64,000 nucleotides of DNA from Antedon mediterranea (Eukaryota; Animalia; Echinodermata): assembly GCF_964355755.1 (NCBI RefSeq), contig NC_092670.1, positions 40,226,388 through 40,290,387 on the forward strand, in the 5' to 3' direction. Shown piece by piece: positions 1-13,977 of the stretch. The notes below the pieces were generated by a model. That model made no database searches and was not told the DNA's origin. It was given only the letters and a program-made list of their open reading frames with translations. A program made the translations under genes and the position numbers. How positions within the stretch are numbered: the stretch's first letter is position 1; each line of letters opens with the position of its first letter.

Positions 1-1228
1 ACTATTTTGTCCGTGAATTATCTTGATATCAGTTTCATCTAGCTAAGTCAATTTTTCAGAGTATATTCCTTATGGCCAGGAATCGATGTGGTTATGTTTT
101 CACGGTGCGCAATCAAACATTACGCGGTCTACGCGCGATTTAATGAAATCACGTTTGTAATCATATCTTCACAAGCATGAATCATTTTTAAACTAAATTT
201 GGTACTCATAAATTTCAGGTCATATTTCATCATATGGCAATACAATTACGTGTGTAGCGCATATAACGCATGCGTACGCGCGTTTAAAATGTTCAAAATT
301 GTCAGAATTTATTTTCAATGAAATTAGAGTACGTTTCAGGCAATTTTAAGCGTTTAAAAAATTACCATGAGTGCGCAGATTTTTGCACGCGCACTGCGCG
401 TCATACGTTAATTACTGTTGTATAACCTTTCTTTAACAATATCATCATATTTTATTCACTTTTCAACGCGAAACAGCGTTATACGAGCACGTCAAAAGTG
501 ACAGGCTACGCACGTGTAAGTTAACAAAATGGTAAAAATATGCTAAATTTTAAAATTAATATATATCGTTAGAATGCTCGGGAACACCAATTTTTTATTT
601 CATTTTCTTGAAGTGTATGTATCATATGTATGATTTATTATGAAATTAAGAGAAAAAAAGTTGATTAAGTCATCATTAATGGCATATTAAATTTTAAAAA
701 ATTAATTTTGACAATCAAACAAATTATAACATTTTCTTAGGCCGAAATAACAAACTTAACATTAACTTTCTTCCTTAAGAAGTTCATATATTAAAGTTAA
801 AAGTATATAGTTTGACAGTGCATACTTTTTAAAAATTTTTAAAGATGTCATCATAGTAAAACATTATAATTCATTGCGGTATGTAATAATCTATCTGCAT
901 AGTAAATACACGGAGGAATATTTCCATAAATTTTAGTCAGTTGTGTATGGCTCGATGGTCTGAGCTCGTGTCTATGGCATTCAAGGTACCGAGATCGAGT
1001 CTCACCTTGGGAAACGAAATAAGATTTTTTTTTATTATCCGTATTGTTTGTTCAAATTTATTTCTTAGTGTATAGATTATACACATGATTTATAATGAAA
1101 TCTAGATAAAAATTAACTTATGTCTTTATTATTATGTAACAACAAATGTGGTTTATGACATTATACGCATATGGATCTTTGATCGGATTGTGATACCGGC
1201 TATGGTGTTCGCGTTAGCAAGGTCCTAT
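1..1228. mobile_element. Unclassified non-autonomous interspersed element with an embedded tRNA-like segment
   Basis: CpG-rich ACGCGCGT-type palindromes at 100-520. A-box-like TGGCTCGATGG (948-958) and B-box-like GATCGAGTC (993-1001). No ORF; boundaries approximate. Confidence 0.35.
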
Positions 1229-2031
1229 CATATATTATAAATAATTAAAGATTCTGAGAAAATCAATCAATCAATATATCTTTTAAAAATCAATTATCTT
1301 TATTTAGATCAATGCATATAACCTATAATTCGTCATAGTGACGAATTAAATCTAGTTACATTTGCATTTATTAACTGCAAAAAGAACTATTACAGTTAAC
1401 CTATTACTGTAATGGGTTTTAGAACGTTATTTAACTGGTTCCCGTTGTAAAGTTCTTGGTTGCAAGCAAAATAATGTTTATTTGATGTGCCACTTGACCA
1501 CCTTTTGTGTAATTTTAACATTTTTTGGGAGTACAAATTCAGCAGAAATACGATGAATATAAAAATTACACTTTTTAATCTATTTTGAAATAAATGGTTA
1601 TTATTCAGCGTTTTGCAGCAGCGTTACAAGCCGCTAGATTTGAATTCATTTAGTTGTAAATTTATGTAGAAATATAGTTTACATAACAGTGATATAACAC
1701 CACATAAATAATTCTAATAAAAGAACTTGTTATGGGTAATAACATCTTTATTTGAAGAAAATCTATATCAACTTTCAATACAAGAACACTCAGATTTCAC
1801 TCAGATTTCACTCTGTTTTAGTATTAATATTTAGCTACAGTACTAACTTTTTCAAATCCCAACAAGAGTACAAAAACAATAAAAGTTGAATGCAGAATGT
1901 CAGGACATAAGGTGACTTATGCACTAGATGTTATGATGAAAACTAAAGACAAATAAAATCAAACTTTGAATAAGCCATTTTTTGTTCCAAAAAATGTGAC
2001 ATAAAATGACATAGGTATTCAGCAAAGAATA

Positions 2032-2136
2032 ACACATTTCAACCAGCTCCTGTACCACACATTTCAACCAGCTCCTGTACAACACATTTCAACCAGCTCC
2101 TCTACCACACATTTCAACCAGCTCCTGTACCACACA
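2032..2136. repeat. 25-bp tandem repeat, about 4 copies
   Basis: Unit ACACATTTCAACCAGCTCCTGTACC. Confidence 0.9.
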
Positions 2137-2507
2137 ATTTCCCAAAAAACACCACCCCTTTTTCTGGCCAACCTCAATTCCCTTTCTACCAAGTGACTAA
2201 ACAAACACATTATTAAAAAAAGATCAGTTTGAACAGTGGTGTTGGCAGTACGCGGCGCCTCCCCACTTGATATTGATCTCATGGATGTTGAGGTATACAT
2301 GGGTGGGATCACCCACTTGAGGGCACAGCTCATGGACCATTCCAATATCTTGGAGGGAGTGCTCAAATTTTTTATTTTCCATGTTGAATTATGTTTATAT
2401 ATCGGATGGGAAATGTAGGTTTATCTCGGTAAGCTAGACCGGAAATATACTAAAACATCTTTGCTATTTAGAATAATAATATGGTCAAACCAAAAACTGT
2501 TTTTTAC

Positions 2508-2593
2508 TGACACAATCCAATACAGTTGATATGAGTGACACAATCCAATACAGTTGATATGAATGACACAATTCAATACAGTTGACATGAATG
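2508..2593. repeat. 28-bp tandem repeat, 3 copies
   Basis: Unit TGACACAATCCAATACAGTTGATATGAR. Confidence 0.85.
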
Positions 2594-2764
2594 CAGTTTA
2601 TTCTGTCTTTTATAATTTGTATCCTACCACACAGTTAGCTTTTGGCAATGACACAATTTACATAATGACATCTTTGATCACGTAACAACTCTTCTCAAAT
2701 GAATTAAAAATGAATCTTTCATATTTTGTTTACTATAATAATAATAATAATATCCAAGATATAG

Positions 2765-3135
2765 CGCCTAATGGGATTACCCTAGTGGAAATTGAAGGGG
2801 GATCCACAGGATTGGGATTTCATATTAACGTAGTGGGATTTTATAGGGTAAGTGAAAAATCTCAATGGGATTATCTCAATGGGATTATCACAGTGGGATT
2901 ATCTTTTCCAACTGAAATAATATGAAATCCCACTTGGATTACACCATCCTTCTGCGATGAATAAAATTCCCAGTATAAATCCCACTAAATTATAATAATA
3001 AAAAAATCCCAGTTATATCCCAGTACCATCCCACAAGTTTTCGAAATCCTGTTTATGTGGGACAAAATCCCATTCCATCCCAGTACATCCCACTAGATTT
3101 TAAACTCCCACTCACGTATGTTGGACAAATCTCAG
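2765..3135. mobile_element. Degenerate foldback/MITE-like segment
   Basis: TGGGAT motifs dominate the left half and ATCCCA motifs the right half; no clear termini. Confidence 0.35.
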
Positions 3136-3240
3136 TTCATACTTTGTTATGTACACAGCAATACATAGTACTTTGTTATGTACACAGCAATACATAGTAA
3201 TATTTTGTTTGAAAAACGGTTTAAATTACCGTCTGTTTAT

Positions 3241-5645
3241 AATTTGTATTTATTATATAATTTATATAATCTGGTGTAGTTATGTATCAATTTGTATTTA
3301 TTATATAATTTATGTAATCTGGTGTAGTTATGTATCAATTTGTATTTATTATATAATTTATGTAATCTGGTGTAGTTATGTATCAATTTGTATTTATTAT
3401 ATAATTTATATAATCTGGTGTAGTTATGTATCAATTTGTATTTATTATATAATTTATATAATCTGGTGTAGTTATGTATCAATTTGTATTTATTATATAA
3501 TTTATGTAATCTGGTGTAGTTATGTATCAATTTGTATTTATTACATAATTTATGTAATCTGGTGTAGTTATGTATCAATTTGTATTTATTATATAATTTA
3601 TGTAATCTGGTGTAGTTATGTATCAATTTGTATTTATTATATAATTTATGTAATCTGGTGTAGTTATGTATCAATTTGTATTTATTATATAATTTATATA
3701 ATCTGGTGTAGTTATGTATCAATTTGTATTTATTATATAATTTATGTAATCTGGTGTAGTTATGTATCAATTTGTATTTATTACATAATTTATGTAATCT
3801 GGTGTAGTTATGTATCAATTTGTATTTATTACATAATTTATGTAATCTGGTGTAGTTATGTATCAATTTGTATTTATTATATAATTTATGTAATCTGGTG
3901 TAGTTATGTATCAATTTGTATTTATTATATAATTTATGTAATCTGGTGTAGTTATGTATCAATTTGTATTTATTATATAATTTATATAATCTGGTGTAGT
4001 TATGTATCAATTTGTATTTATTATATAATTTATGTAATCTGGTGTAGTTATGTATCAATTTGTATTTATTATATAATTTATATAATCTGGTGTAGTTATG
4101 TATCAATTTGTATTTATTACATAATTTATGTAATCTGGTGTAGTTATGTATCAATTTGTATTTATTATATAATTTATGTAATCTGGTGTAGTTATGTATC
4201 AATTTGTATTTATTATATAATTTATGTAATCTGGTGTAGTTATGTATCAATTTGTATTTATTATATAATTTATGTAATCTGGTGTAGTTATGTATCAATT
4301 TGTATTTATTATATAATTTATATAATCTGGTTTAGTTATGTATCAATTTGTATTTATTACATAATTTATGTAATCTGGTATAGTTATGTATCAATTTGTA
4401 TTTATTATATAATTTATATAATCTGGTGTAGTTATGTATCAATTTGTATTTATTATATAATTTATGTAATCTGGTGTAGTTATGTATCAATTTGTATTTA
4501 TTACATAATTTATGTAATCTGGTGTAGTTATGTATCAATTTGTATTTATTATATAATTTATGTAATCTGGTGTAGTTATGTATCAATTTGTATTTATTAT
4601 ATAATTTATATAATCTGGTGTAGTTATGTATCAATTTGTATTTATTATATAATTTATGTAATCTGGTGTAGTTATGTATCAATTTGTATTTATTATATAA
4701 TTTATATAATCTGGTGTAGTTATGTATCAATTTGTATTTATTATATAATTTATGTAATCTGGTGTAGTTATGTATCAATTTGTATTTATTACATAATTTA
4801 TGTAATCTGGTGTAGTTATGTATCAATTTGTATTTATTATATAATATATGTAATCTGGTGTAGTTATGTATCAATTTGTATTTATTATATAATTTATGTA
4901 ATCTGGTGTAGTTATGTATCAATTTGTATTTATTATATAATTTATATAATCTGGTGTAGTTATGTATCAATTTGTATTTATTATATACTTTATGTAATCT
5001 GGTGTAGTTATGTATCAATTTGTATTTATTATATAATTTATGTAATCTGGTGTAGTTATGTATCAATTTGTATTTATTATATAATTTATATAATCTGGTG
5101 TAGTTATGTATCAATTTGTATTTATTATATAATTTATGTAATCTGGTGTAGTTATGTATCAATTTGTATTTATTATATAATTTATATAATCTGGTGTAGT
5201 TATGTATCAATTTGTATTCATTATATAATTTATGTAATCTGGTGTAGTTATGTATCAATTTGTATTTATTACATAATTTATGTAATCTGGTGTAGTTATG
5301 TATCAATTTGTATTTATTATATAATATATGTAATCTGGTGTAGTTATGTATCAATTTGTATTTATTATATAATTTATGTAATCTGGTGTAGTTATGTATC
5401 AATTTGTATTTATTATATAATTTATATAATCTGGTGTAGTTATGTATCAATTTGTATTTATTATATACTTTATGTAATCTGGTGTAGTTATGTATCAATT
5501 TGTATTTATTATATAATTTATGTAATCTGGTGTAGTTATGTATCAATTTGTATTTATTATATAATTTATATAATCTGGTGTAGTTATGTATCAATTTGTA
5601 TTTATTATATACTTTATGTAATCTGGTGTAGTTATGTATCAATTT
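3241..5645. repeat. 48-bp minisatellite, about 50 copies
   Basis: Unit AATTTGTATTTATTATATAATTTATRTAATCTGGTGTAGTTATGTATC; near-identical copies with a few recurrent variants. Confidence 0.98.
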
Positions 5646-6151
5646 AAACACTAATAAACAGAGTTTTTAACTATAGCTACTTGAAATTATCCAGATATCA
5701 ACCATAGTTATTTACAATATGTAAATTTAATCTACAAGGATACAATATTTTGTTTTTTAAAAACTTTACGTAGGTGTACATCGTAACGTTTAATTAATTT
5801 CTGGTTGCATTATATCACTTAATTATTTGTTATTTATCACAACGTCAATGAGCTTTTAATTCAAATTACCCTGGTAAGTGGCGCAATAACAATTTTAAAG
5901 AGTAAAGTTGGTTATAAAATCGGTTAATAAAATATGTTTTTCTTTGTGCATTTAAATTAGGTTTAACATTCAAATTTAAATTTTAAGTAAAGCTTGATTA
6001 TCTTTTGGAAGCAATGTTCTAGGGGCAATAAAAATGAATTGACCAATCACAATCATGTTGTCATTGATCAAAATTACCAACAATGTGTTTGTGTTGCGAC
6101 CATCTGGTAACCAAGTTACAAAAATACCGCTTCTGTTAGCTGTACTGGGAG

Positions 6152-6243
6152 AAACTCCCAAGGGTCCTTCCCCAAACTCCCAAGGGTCCTTCCTCAAACT
6201 CCCAAGTGTCCTTCCCCAAACTCCCAAGGGTCCTTCCCCAAAT
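6152..6243. repeat. 22-bp tandem repeat, about 4 copies
   Basis: Unit AAACTCCCAAGGGTCCTTCCCC. Confidence 0.85.
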
Positions 6244-6527
6244 CTCTTTTCAGAATTCATATATTTTTTTCTTAACTTGACTTAGTTGTATTGATTGATT
6301 GTCTGTTTGAAAAAGAATAAAATCATACAATATCAATCAAATTATTATCCAGTCTTCAATGAATTAGATTATATGGACATATTCACATGACTTTTAATCT
6401 TAACAGTTATCTATGTAATCTGATGGGTTACAGCTGGTTTACAGGTGTATTAAACAGATTATATGACATAACAATACCAAAGTACAGCTATACCTAACAT
6501 GCACTATACATAATGGGTCACTACCGA

Positions 6528-6798
6528 GTGTGGGAAATCCTAAAATGTTGGAAATCCCAAAGTGTGGGAAGTCCCAAAGTGTGGGAAATCCCAAAGTGTG
6601 GGAAGTCCCAAAGTGTGGGAAATCCCAAAGTGTGGGAAACCCCAAAGTGTGGGAAATCCCAAAGTGTGGGAAGTCCCAAAGTGTGGGAAAACCCAAAGTG
6701 TGGGAAATCCCTAAGTGTGGGAAGCCCAAAGTGTGGGAAATCCCAAAGCGTGGGAAGTCACAAAGTGTGGGAAAACCCAAAGTGTGGGAAATCCCAAG
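6528..6798. repeat. 17-bp tandem repeat, about 16 copies
   Basis: Unit AGTGTGGGAARTCCCAA. Confidence 0.95.
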
Positions 6799-7026
6799 TG
6801 GGTCAACCTGATATTCTTTCATTGTATTTACAGTAACTGGTAACCACCTAATGACTAGGTTTAACAGAAGCTATGTTTATGTTTAGAGGGCATTGGTCTA
6901 AAACCATAACTTAGTTTTTCCTTTTTTCATTTGGTTTTGTTTAAACAAGTCAAACAAAAGTAAGAAAGTACATCACTTAAAAAACTTGAAGACAGTAAAT
7001 TTGATTACTATAATGCTGATACTTTA

Positions 7027-7345
7027 AGCTCTGTCTCCACTATCAAACTTTATGTGACAAAAAATGTGATGTGCCCACATTCATTTTGATTCGCTGTAAC
7101 TGTATTTTGTCTTTATGTCTTTTATGTGTAAACTGACTTTGGGGTTGGGTCAACCGGCTCAGCTACAGTGATTAAGTTCACTTAGGTTGACCCTGGTCTC
7201 TCCAATTTCAGTTTTTTTTTAATGTATATACTGAAATAGACCCAATAAATAATTTAATGAAATGACATGATGACATCATATTACTACCATATTTGGGCAC
7301 ATCACACTTTTTTTGTTAAACTAGTTCGATAGTGTAGACAGATCT
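7027..7345. mobile_element. MITE family A copy interrupted by a retroelement 3'-end fragment (about 7080-7265)
   Basis: Both TIRs are present. The insert has a GGGTCAACC..GGTTGACCC hairpin, AATAAA and an (AATGA) tail. Confidence 0.75.
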
Positions 7346-9353
7346 TAACAAGAATTTCAGATATCAACCATTTTAAGAAAACAATTCAGATATTAAATTA
7401 AATTATATTGATGACTTTTCACTTTACTCTACTCTGTATGCATTTACATTTGTTTATCTTAACTTACAATCATTAATATTGATTTTTATATTTATGCTAA
7501 TTTCATTTTATTCATTCAAAAACTACGAGCAATCAACAATAGGTTTGATAAACTTAAAAAAAAATAATAGAAATGTAATTAAATGTAAATTTATAAAATT
7601 TTATTTGCTCAGTCATCAGCAAAACAAGTTGATGATATAAATAAAAATAACTTACAAAGACAGGACTGGCATTCACAATGCAGATGTTTATAAATGAAAT
7701 TTATAGATTTTTAAATTGTTGGTAACTTGATTGCTATCCTTGTGGGGCAGCATAAACTGCCTCAGGTATATTTTGATATTGTTTGTTGATTTTGTTTTTA
7801 ATGGCTTATTAAAAATTACTCATAATGGAATGCAACGTAGCAAATAATACATAGCTAAATTCGAAAAGTTGTATGAATCCGGTGAAAATCCACTGAAAAC
7901 TGAATTGATGAAATGAGAATAAAATAAAAATTCATACAATGAGAATAAAATAAAAATTCATACAATGATAGTAACATTTGGGCTGGATCCAGAGGAGAGC
8001 TAACATTTAATTTGAATGAACAATAGTAGGTTTTTGTTGAAAGATGGGTAGGAGGAAGGGAAAGCACATTTGAGCACACCCTCCTGAGATCCACCTGACC
8101 AGATAGATACAGTAAAATTACAATGTATGAGTTAGAAATATTTTTTTTGGTAAATAACCATGTATTCTTTAAATTTAGACAAAAAATGACAAATAATAAG
8201 AAAGTTTTACAGTATATAAATGATAAAAGTTTTAAAAGGGAATGTATAAAGTTCTGTCTTTTTAACTAGTTTGACAGTGTGATGTGTCCAAATATGGTAG
8301 TGATATGTCCAAATATGGTAGTGATATGACATCATCATGTCATATATGGGCACATCACATAAAGTTTGACAGTGTGATGTGTCCAAATATGGTAGTGATA
8401 TGACATCATCGTGTCATATATGGGCACATCACATAAAGTTTGATAGTGTAGACAGAGCTTTAGAATTAAGGTAAAAGAAAGAAGGTCAGACCTGCTACGG
8501 CAATTGTACATTAATGATGGCCTGTCATAAAAACCATATTTCATAGTTTTAAACAATATTTACTGCATTTAGACTAACATAGATTTTATATTAAAAATAA
8601 AACATAACATAAAAACTATTAAACCAAGAATATAACACATGCAACAGTATTCTTGAAATATGTTGTAAACAAAATCTGGTGTATTCCATAGTTTTAAGGA
8701 GAGAAAATAATGTGCATCTAAAACTAATAGGATTGAGTTTATAATTGTCTGATGTTCTTTAACGACACATATAAATCATTGAATACAATAAATCTAGGCC
8801 AGAATTGATAACAATTCAATTACCAGGGGATGTAGTTCATTTTATCATATTCAGCCTAGTTTAAAGTTAAACTATATGTCTCAAATAAGAACATTATTAT
8901 TCTGTTTTCATTATTCTCTGCCCCAGATGATTTAGCAGCAACAATTGGAACATCCAGAAGGGACAACCTAAACACCTATAAACCTCCATTTTTATCACAT
9001 ACTTTTAATTTAGCATGTTGCTTATTATACTTCATATTCCATATATTCTAATATTGTAGATGAAAGGTAGAATCTTTCTGTTTCAAACTCTTTATAGTGA
9101 TATACTTACCTTCTTTCTATCACGTTCTTTTAATTTACAATTTTGTTATTATACTTTATATTTCCATATTCCAATATTATAGATAAAAGGTAGAATCTAC
9201 TTTAAACTTATATAGCCACAATCTAATGGTTTTCTATATTGTAAGACTGTATGCAACTTATATAGCCACGATCTAATGGTTTCCTATATTGTAAGACTGT
9301 ATGCAACTTATATAGCCACAATCTAATGGTTTCCTATATTGTAAGACTGTATG

Positions 9354-10138
9354 ATAATGATAATGATAAATGAAAACTTATATAGCGCCGGTATCCTCCA
9401 CCCATGTGGCGCTCATGGCGCTTTGTGCATTAACAACGTGCGAGAACATCAGCGAATAGCGACGTCTTTAGGTTGGTCTTGAAACTGTTTAGACTAGTTG
9501 AGCATTTAACTGTTGCTGGTAAGCTGTTCCATACACTTGCGGCCGCAACGTAAAAAGATCTCTGACCCCACTGATTTTTCGCTCTACACTCTTGAAGAAG
9601 GTTTTGTGACAATGATCGTAGGCCTCTGCGGGATGATTCGTAACGATCCACAAGGTCAGATAAATAAGCAGGAGCACTGTCATTTAGGATCTTGAATACA
9701 AACAACGCAAGTTTGTACTTAATACGTTGTTGAACAGGCAACCAATGCAAATCCATCAGGACAGGAGTTATGTGAGCGTTTGATTTTGTATAAGTTACAA
9801 TTCTAGCTGCCATATTTTGCAAGCGTTGCAAACGTTGTATTTGAGATTTTGGTATGCCAAACAACAAGGCATTACCAATGTCAATTTTAGAAGTGACAAA
9901 TGAGTGTACAATCAATTCAGCTGTTTTCTTGTTAAGATTACCGCGAATACGACCAAGGTTCCTAATCGATATGCATGCTGCTTTGGATACAGTTGTTATT
10001 TGTGCTTCCATAGTGAGATTACTATCCAGCATGATTCCCAGATTCCGAACCACCGATGAGGGAGCGATGTTAGAGTTTCCGATTCTGATATGTGTGATGT
10101 TGATTTTGGAGATGTTACATTTAGACCCGACGATAATA
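9354..10138 (-). mobile_element. 5'-truncated L2-clade LINE (RT C-terminus and 3' UTR)
   Basis: ORF 10155-9430 has VRNLGIMLDSNL, LQRLQNMAARIV, HITPVLMDLHWLPVQQRIKYK, VWNSLP and FKTNLKT motifs. The 3' end is GCGCTATATAAG followed by a (TCATTA)n tail. Confidence 0.92.
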
Positions 10139-11080
10139 AACTTATATAGCCACAATCTAATGGTTTTCGATATTGAAAGACTGTATGCAACTTATATAGC
10201 CACGATCTAATGGTTTCCTATATTGTAAGACTGTATGCAACTTATATAGCCACGATCTAATGGTTTCCTATATTGTAAGACTGTATGCAACTTATATAGC
10301 CACAATCTAATAGTTTTCTATATTGTAAGACTGTATGCAACTTATATAGCCACGATCTAATGGTTTCCTATATTGTAAGACTGTATGCAACTTATATAGC
10401 CACAATCTAATAGTTTTCTATATTGTAAGACTGTATGCAACTTATATAGCCACGATCTAATGGTTTCCTATATTGTAAGACTGTATGCAACTTATATAGC
10501 CACAATCTAATAGTTTCCTATATTGTAAGACTGTATGCAACTTATATAGCCACAATCTAATGGTTTCCTATATTGTAAGACTGTATGCAACTTATATAGC
10601 CACAATCTAATGGTTTCCTATATTGTAAGACTGTATGCAACTTATATAGCCACAATCTAATGGTTTCCTATATTGTAAGACTGTATGCAACTTATATAGC
10701 CACGATCTAATGGTTTCCTATATTGTAAGACTGTATGCAACTTATATAGCCACAATCTAATGGTTTCCTATATTGTAAGACTGTATGCAACTTATATAGC
10801 CACAATCTAATGGTTTCCTATATTGTAAGACTGTATGCAACTTATATAGCCACAATCTAATGGTTTCCTATATTGTAAGACTGTATGCAACTTATATAGC
10901 CACAATCTAATGGTTTCCTATATTGTAAGACTGTATGCAACTTATATAGCCACGATCTAATGGTTTCCTATATTGTAAGACTGTATGCAACTTATATAGC
11001 CACAATCTAATGGTTTTCTATATTGTAAGACTGTATGCAACTTATATAGCCACAATCTAATGGTTTTCTATATTGTAAGA

Positions 11081-12207
11081 CACATATGATGATATAATGA
11101 TTGAACAGTTGTGGGGTAATAAGTTAATACAACTTAAAAACCAATCACTATTTTATAAACATTGGATTGAATGTGGCATTATTTTAGTGAAGGATATTAT
11201 AAAAGAAAATAGATTCATAACTTCAAAAGAATTATTGGTAAAATTAAATTACAAAGCAAACTGGTTAAATGAATACATGTGCTTATTAAAAACGATACCA
11301 ATACAATGGAAAACTACAATCAAATACGAGAAAAATTGTTATTATAATATAACAGAAAATGTCATTAAGAATAGATATAAGGACATCACAACAAAGAGTA
11401 TTTATCTCTGTTTTGTGGAGGAAATTTTTGTCCCTCCGGTTTGTCAAGGAAAATGGGAAAAATATTTTGATAATTTGAATATTGATTGGAAGTCATGTTG
11501 GTTATCTAAAGTTTGTAAAATGAAAGATAAAAAATTAATACACTTTAATTACAAACTGTTAAATAGAATTTTAGCAACAAACAAAAGGTTGTTTATCTGC
11601 AAACTAAAAGATACTAATAATATGTGGTAGATGATTTTATATATACATTTGCTGCTTTCACGGTTTATAAACAAAAGATACTGGCTGATGTTACAAATAA
11701 AAGTTATTTTAATTTATGGAAATCTTTTAAACAAGGAATTCTATTCAGAATGGAATGTGATATAGTGTATAAAAGAGAAGAAAGCATAAACAAATGGGAA
11801 AAAGTAAAAAATATTATTTTAGCAATGTAAAAATGTATAATTGTTAAACAATACAGGCTAAAAACACGAGAAAATATTATTACGACACAATACTTAATGT
11901 TCTTTAATGTTTTTTTTACCTTACTAGTTTTATTTACTGGTGGTATATGAGTTACAGTATATTTTATTTTGTGATGATCTAATGGCAATTGTGAACCTAT
12001 ATTATATGATGTATATTTTTATATAACTTTTGTCTATATTTTTAAATGCTTTAACTTTTTATAAAAATACTCAAAATAAGAAAAATAAAAAAAAAGAACT
12101 TTAAGCTGCAAAGATAATTTTCTACTGAAACAAAATTGATTGATTATTGTAACAATTGTAAAGAATGAAATAAAAGTGAGTGAATCTCACAAAAGACAAC
12201 AAAAAAA
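11081..12207 (+). mobile_element. 5'-truncated Tx1/L1-clade LINE 3' end, zinc knuckle deleted
   Basis: LFYKHWIECGIILVKD and FNYKLLNRILATNKRLF motifs; A-rich end; TSD ATATTGTAAGA (11070-11080 / 12208-12218); homologous to 62209-63095. Confidence 0.85.
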
Positions 12208-12351
12208 ATATTGTAAGAGTAAGACTGTATGCAACTTATATTCTTACGTACCACCATATCATTCGTTTTTTGTTTTATTCAGTACGATAAAAAAAAAATA
12301 TGAGAATGACCCATAAAACTGAACCAGGTTATTTCCAATGTGGTCATTTTA

Positions 12352-12698
12352 AACTAGTGTGATATTAGCAAATATGGTAGTGATATTAGCAAATATGGTA
12401 GTGATATTACCAAATATGGTAGTGATATTTATCAAATATGGTAGTGATACTGATATTCAGGGAAAAATTTCATTTAAAAATTTTGTTTAGCAATATTGCT
12501 AATCAAACTGATTTTTAAGTCAAGGAACATATGTTTGTATTGTATTTGCAATAAGAAGGTTTGTATAGCTTTTTGCTATGCTACACTGGTAAAAATGTTC
12601 CATATTACCAAATATGGTAGTAATATGACATCATCATGTCCATATAAGGGCACATCACATTTTTTTGTCACATAAAGTTTGATAGTGTAGACAGAGCT
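12352..12698. mobile_element. MITE family A copy with a nested MITE family B (about 12458-12600)
   Basis: Family A right TIR and internal repeats are present; the insert is the reverse complement of 21458-21630. Confidence 0.75.
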
Positions 12699-13977
12699 TA
12701 ACAAACCATAATCATTACTATATGCAGAAAACAATGGCAAGAACAACGTACAATTATTATTATTTGTCTACATCTCCAAGTTATATAATATAAATAATTG
12801 ATATCATCAGGAAAGAAGTCCGTAGTTAAACCTAATGAGGTGAGGCGGTCTAGAAGTACCGTAATAAATTATTTAATTTTCTGAACAAGCTACAAGAATA
12901 ACATTTAATTTGTATGGTTGATTGAATATGGTAAATGAAACACGTACACAAATAGCATTGTTACAATAGGTAGTAAGTAAGCAAGCAAGCAGTTTGTTTC
13001 CTGTTTATCACAAATAAAAAATTGTTGGTGGAATTATACTTGGATTATTAACAATGGATTACTAAACATTTGGATTATTGCAACCACCATACTAAGCTCC
13101 ACTAACTTTTGTGCGTTAAAAAAATATATTGCATGTAGTTAAAATAAAAAATGTTTACGTAAATAATTCTTTCTTTTTTTTGTAATATTTTGAACGATTT
13201 GCTATTCTTTGAAGTTTGCAATATTCAGTTATTAAAATCTGGACTGAATACAAACCACAAACGAGTCCCTAGTTATATAATCAGAGGTGTATTCCATAAA
13301 ACACATAAAAAACATGTTACGTAAATAACCCGTTATTAATTGTCCTCCGACCTTAATACTTCACAGTTACCGATATATTTTGAAGCATATTTTGCCATTA
13401 TAAAGATTACGAAGTAAGCCTATACTCCGAGTTCAGCTTAGTCTCAGACTTACATTTGAAATCTGTTAGGATCAAGCTCTCAGTCTAATACAATATTTTA
13501 ATAAACAAAAGCAATCCCATTTTTAGTAACACATCTAAAGAACAACCAGGATTTTTATACAATGGTATATAACTATAAATAATATGATAACAAAGATATA
13601 ACTTTTAACATAACATTTATTTTGTTTTGTCTTTTTATAGCTCTGTCTATACTATCAACCTATAGTTTGACAAAAAAAGTGTGATGTGCCCAAATATGGT
13701 AGTGATGCTTAAATATGGTAGTGATATGACATCTTTCATGTCAATACACTGTATGGACACAATGAGGTCATATTACTACCATATTTAGGCACATTACACT
13801 TTTTTTTTGTCAAACTAGTTTGATAGTGTAAACACATCGTATAGTCCGATTTTATCAAATCTACAACCGAGACAGCTTGGGTGTTTAGCTGAGATGATTA
13901 TTGTACACAACCATTTGCAGTGTGCCTGAGCTGCCTATCTCAGCATTAAGCATATAAGAAACTGTTTTTTCACTAAC

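Larger units (their letters stand above)
9205..12241. repeat. 50-bp minisatellite (about 22 copies) split by two LINE insertions
   Basis: Unit AACTTATATAGCCACRATCTAATGGTTTCCTATATTGTAAGACTGTATGC at 9205-9353 and 10139-11080, with a remnant at 12208-12241. Confidence 0.95.

Noticed and set aside
940-1015. tRNA gene
   Set aside because: Only degenerate A/B boxes and no clean cloverleaf; better explained as part of a repeat.
2064-2418. Short ORFs 2064-2366 and 2236-2418
   Set aside because: No recognisable motifs, partly repeat-derived, and not matching the missing DLAT exons.
3149-5651. 832-aa, 439-aa and 353-aa ORFs
   Set aside because: Translations of the 48-bp minisatellite. A unit divisible by three often lacks stops in some frame, and there is no unique coding context.
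13454-13462. Candidate 9-nt DLAT microexon (cctaacag|ATTTCAAAT|gtaagt, encoding ISN as in GGTFTISNLG)
   Set aside because: No GGTFT or LGMFG partner exons were found and the pyrimidine tract is weak; probably chance without RNA evidence.
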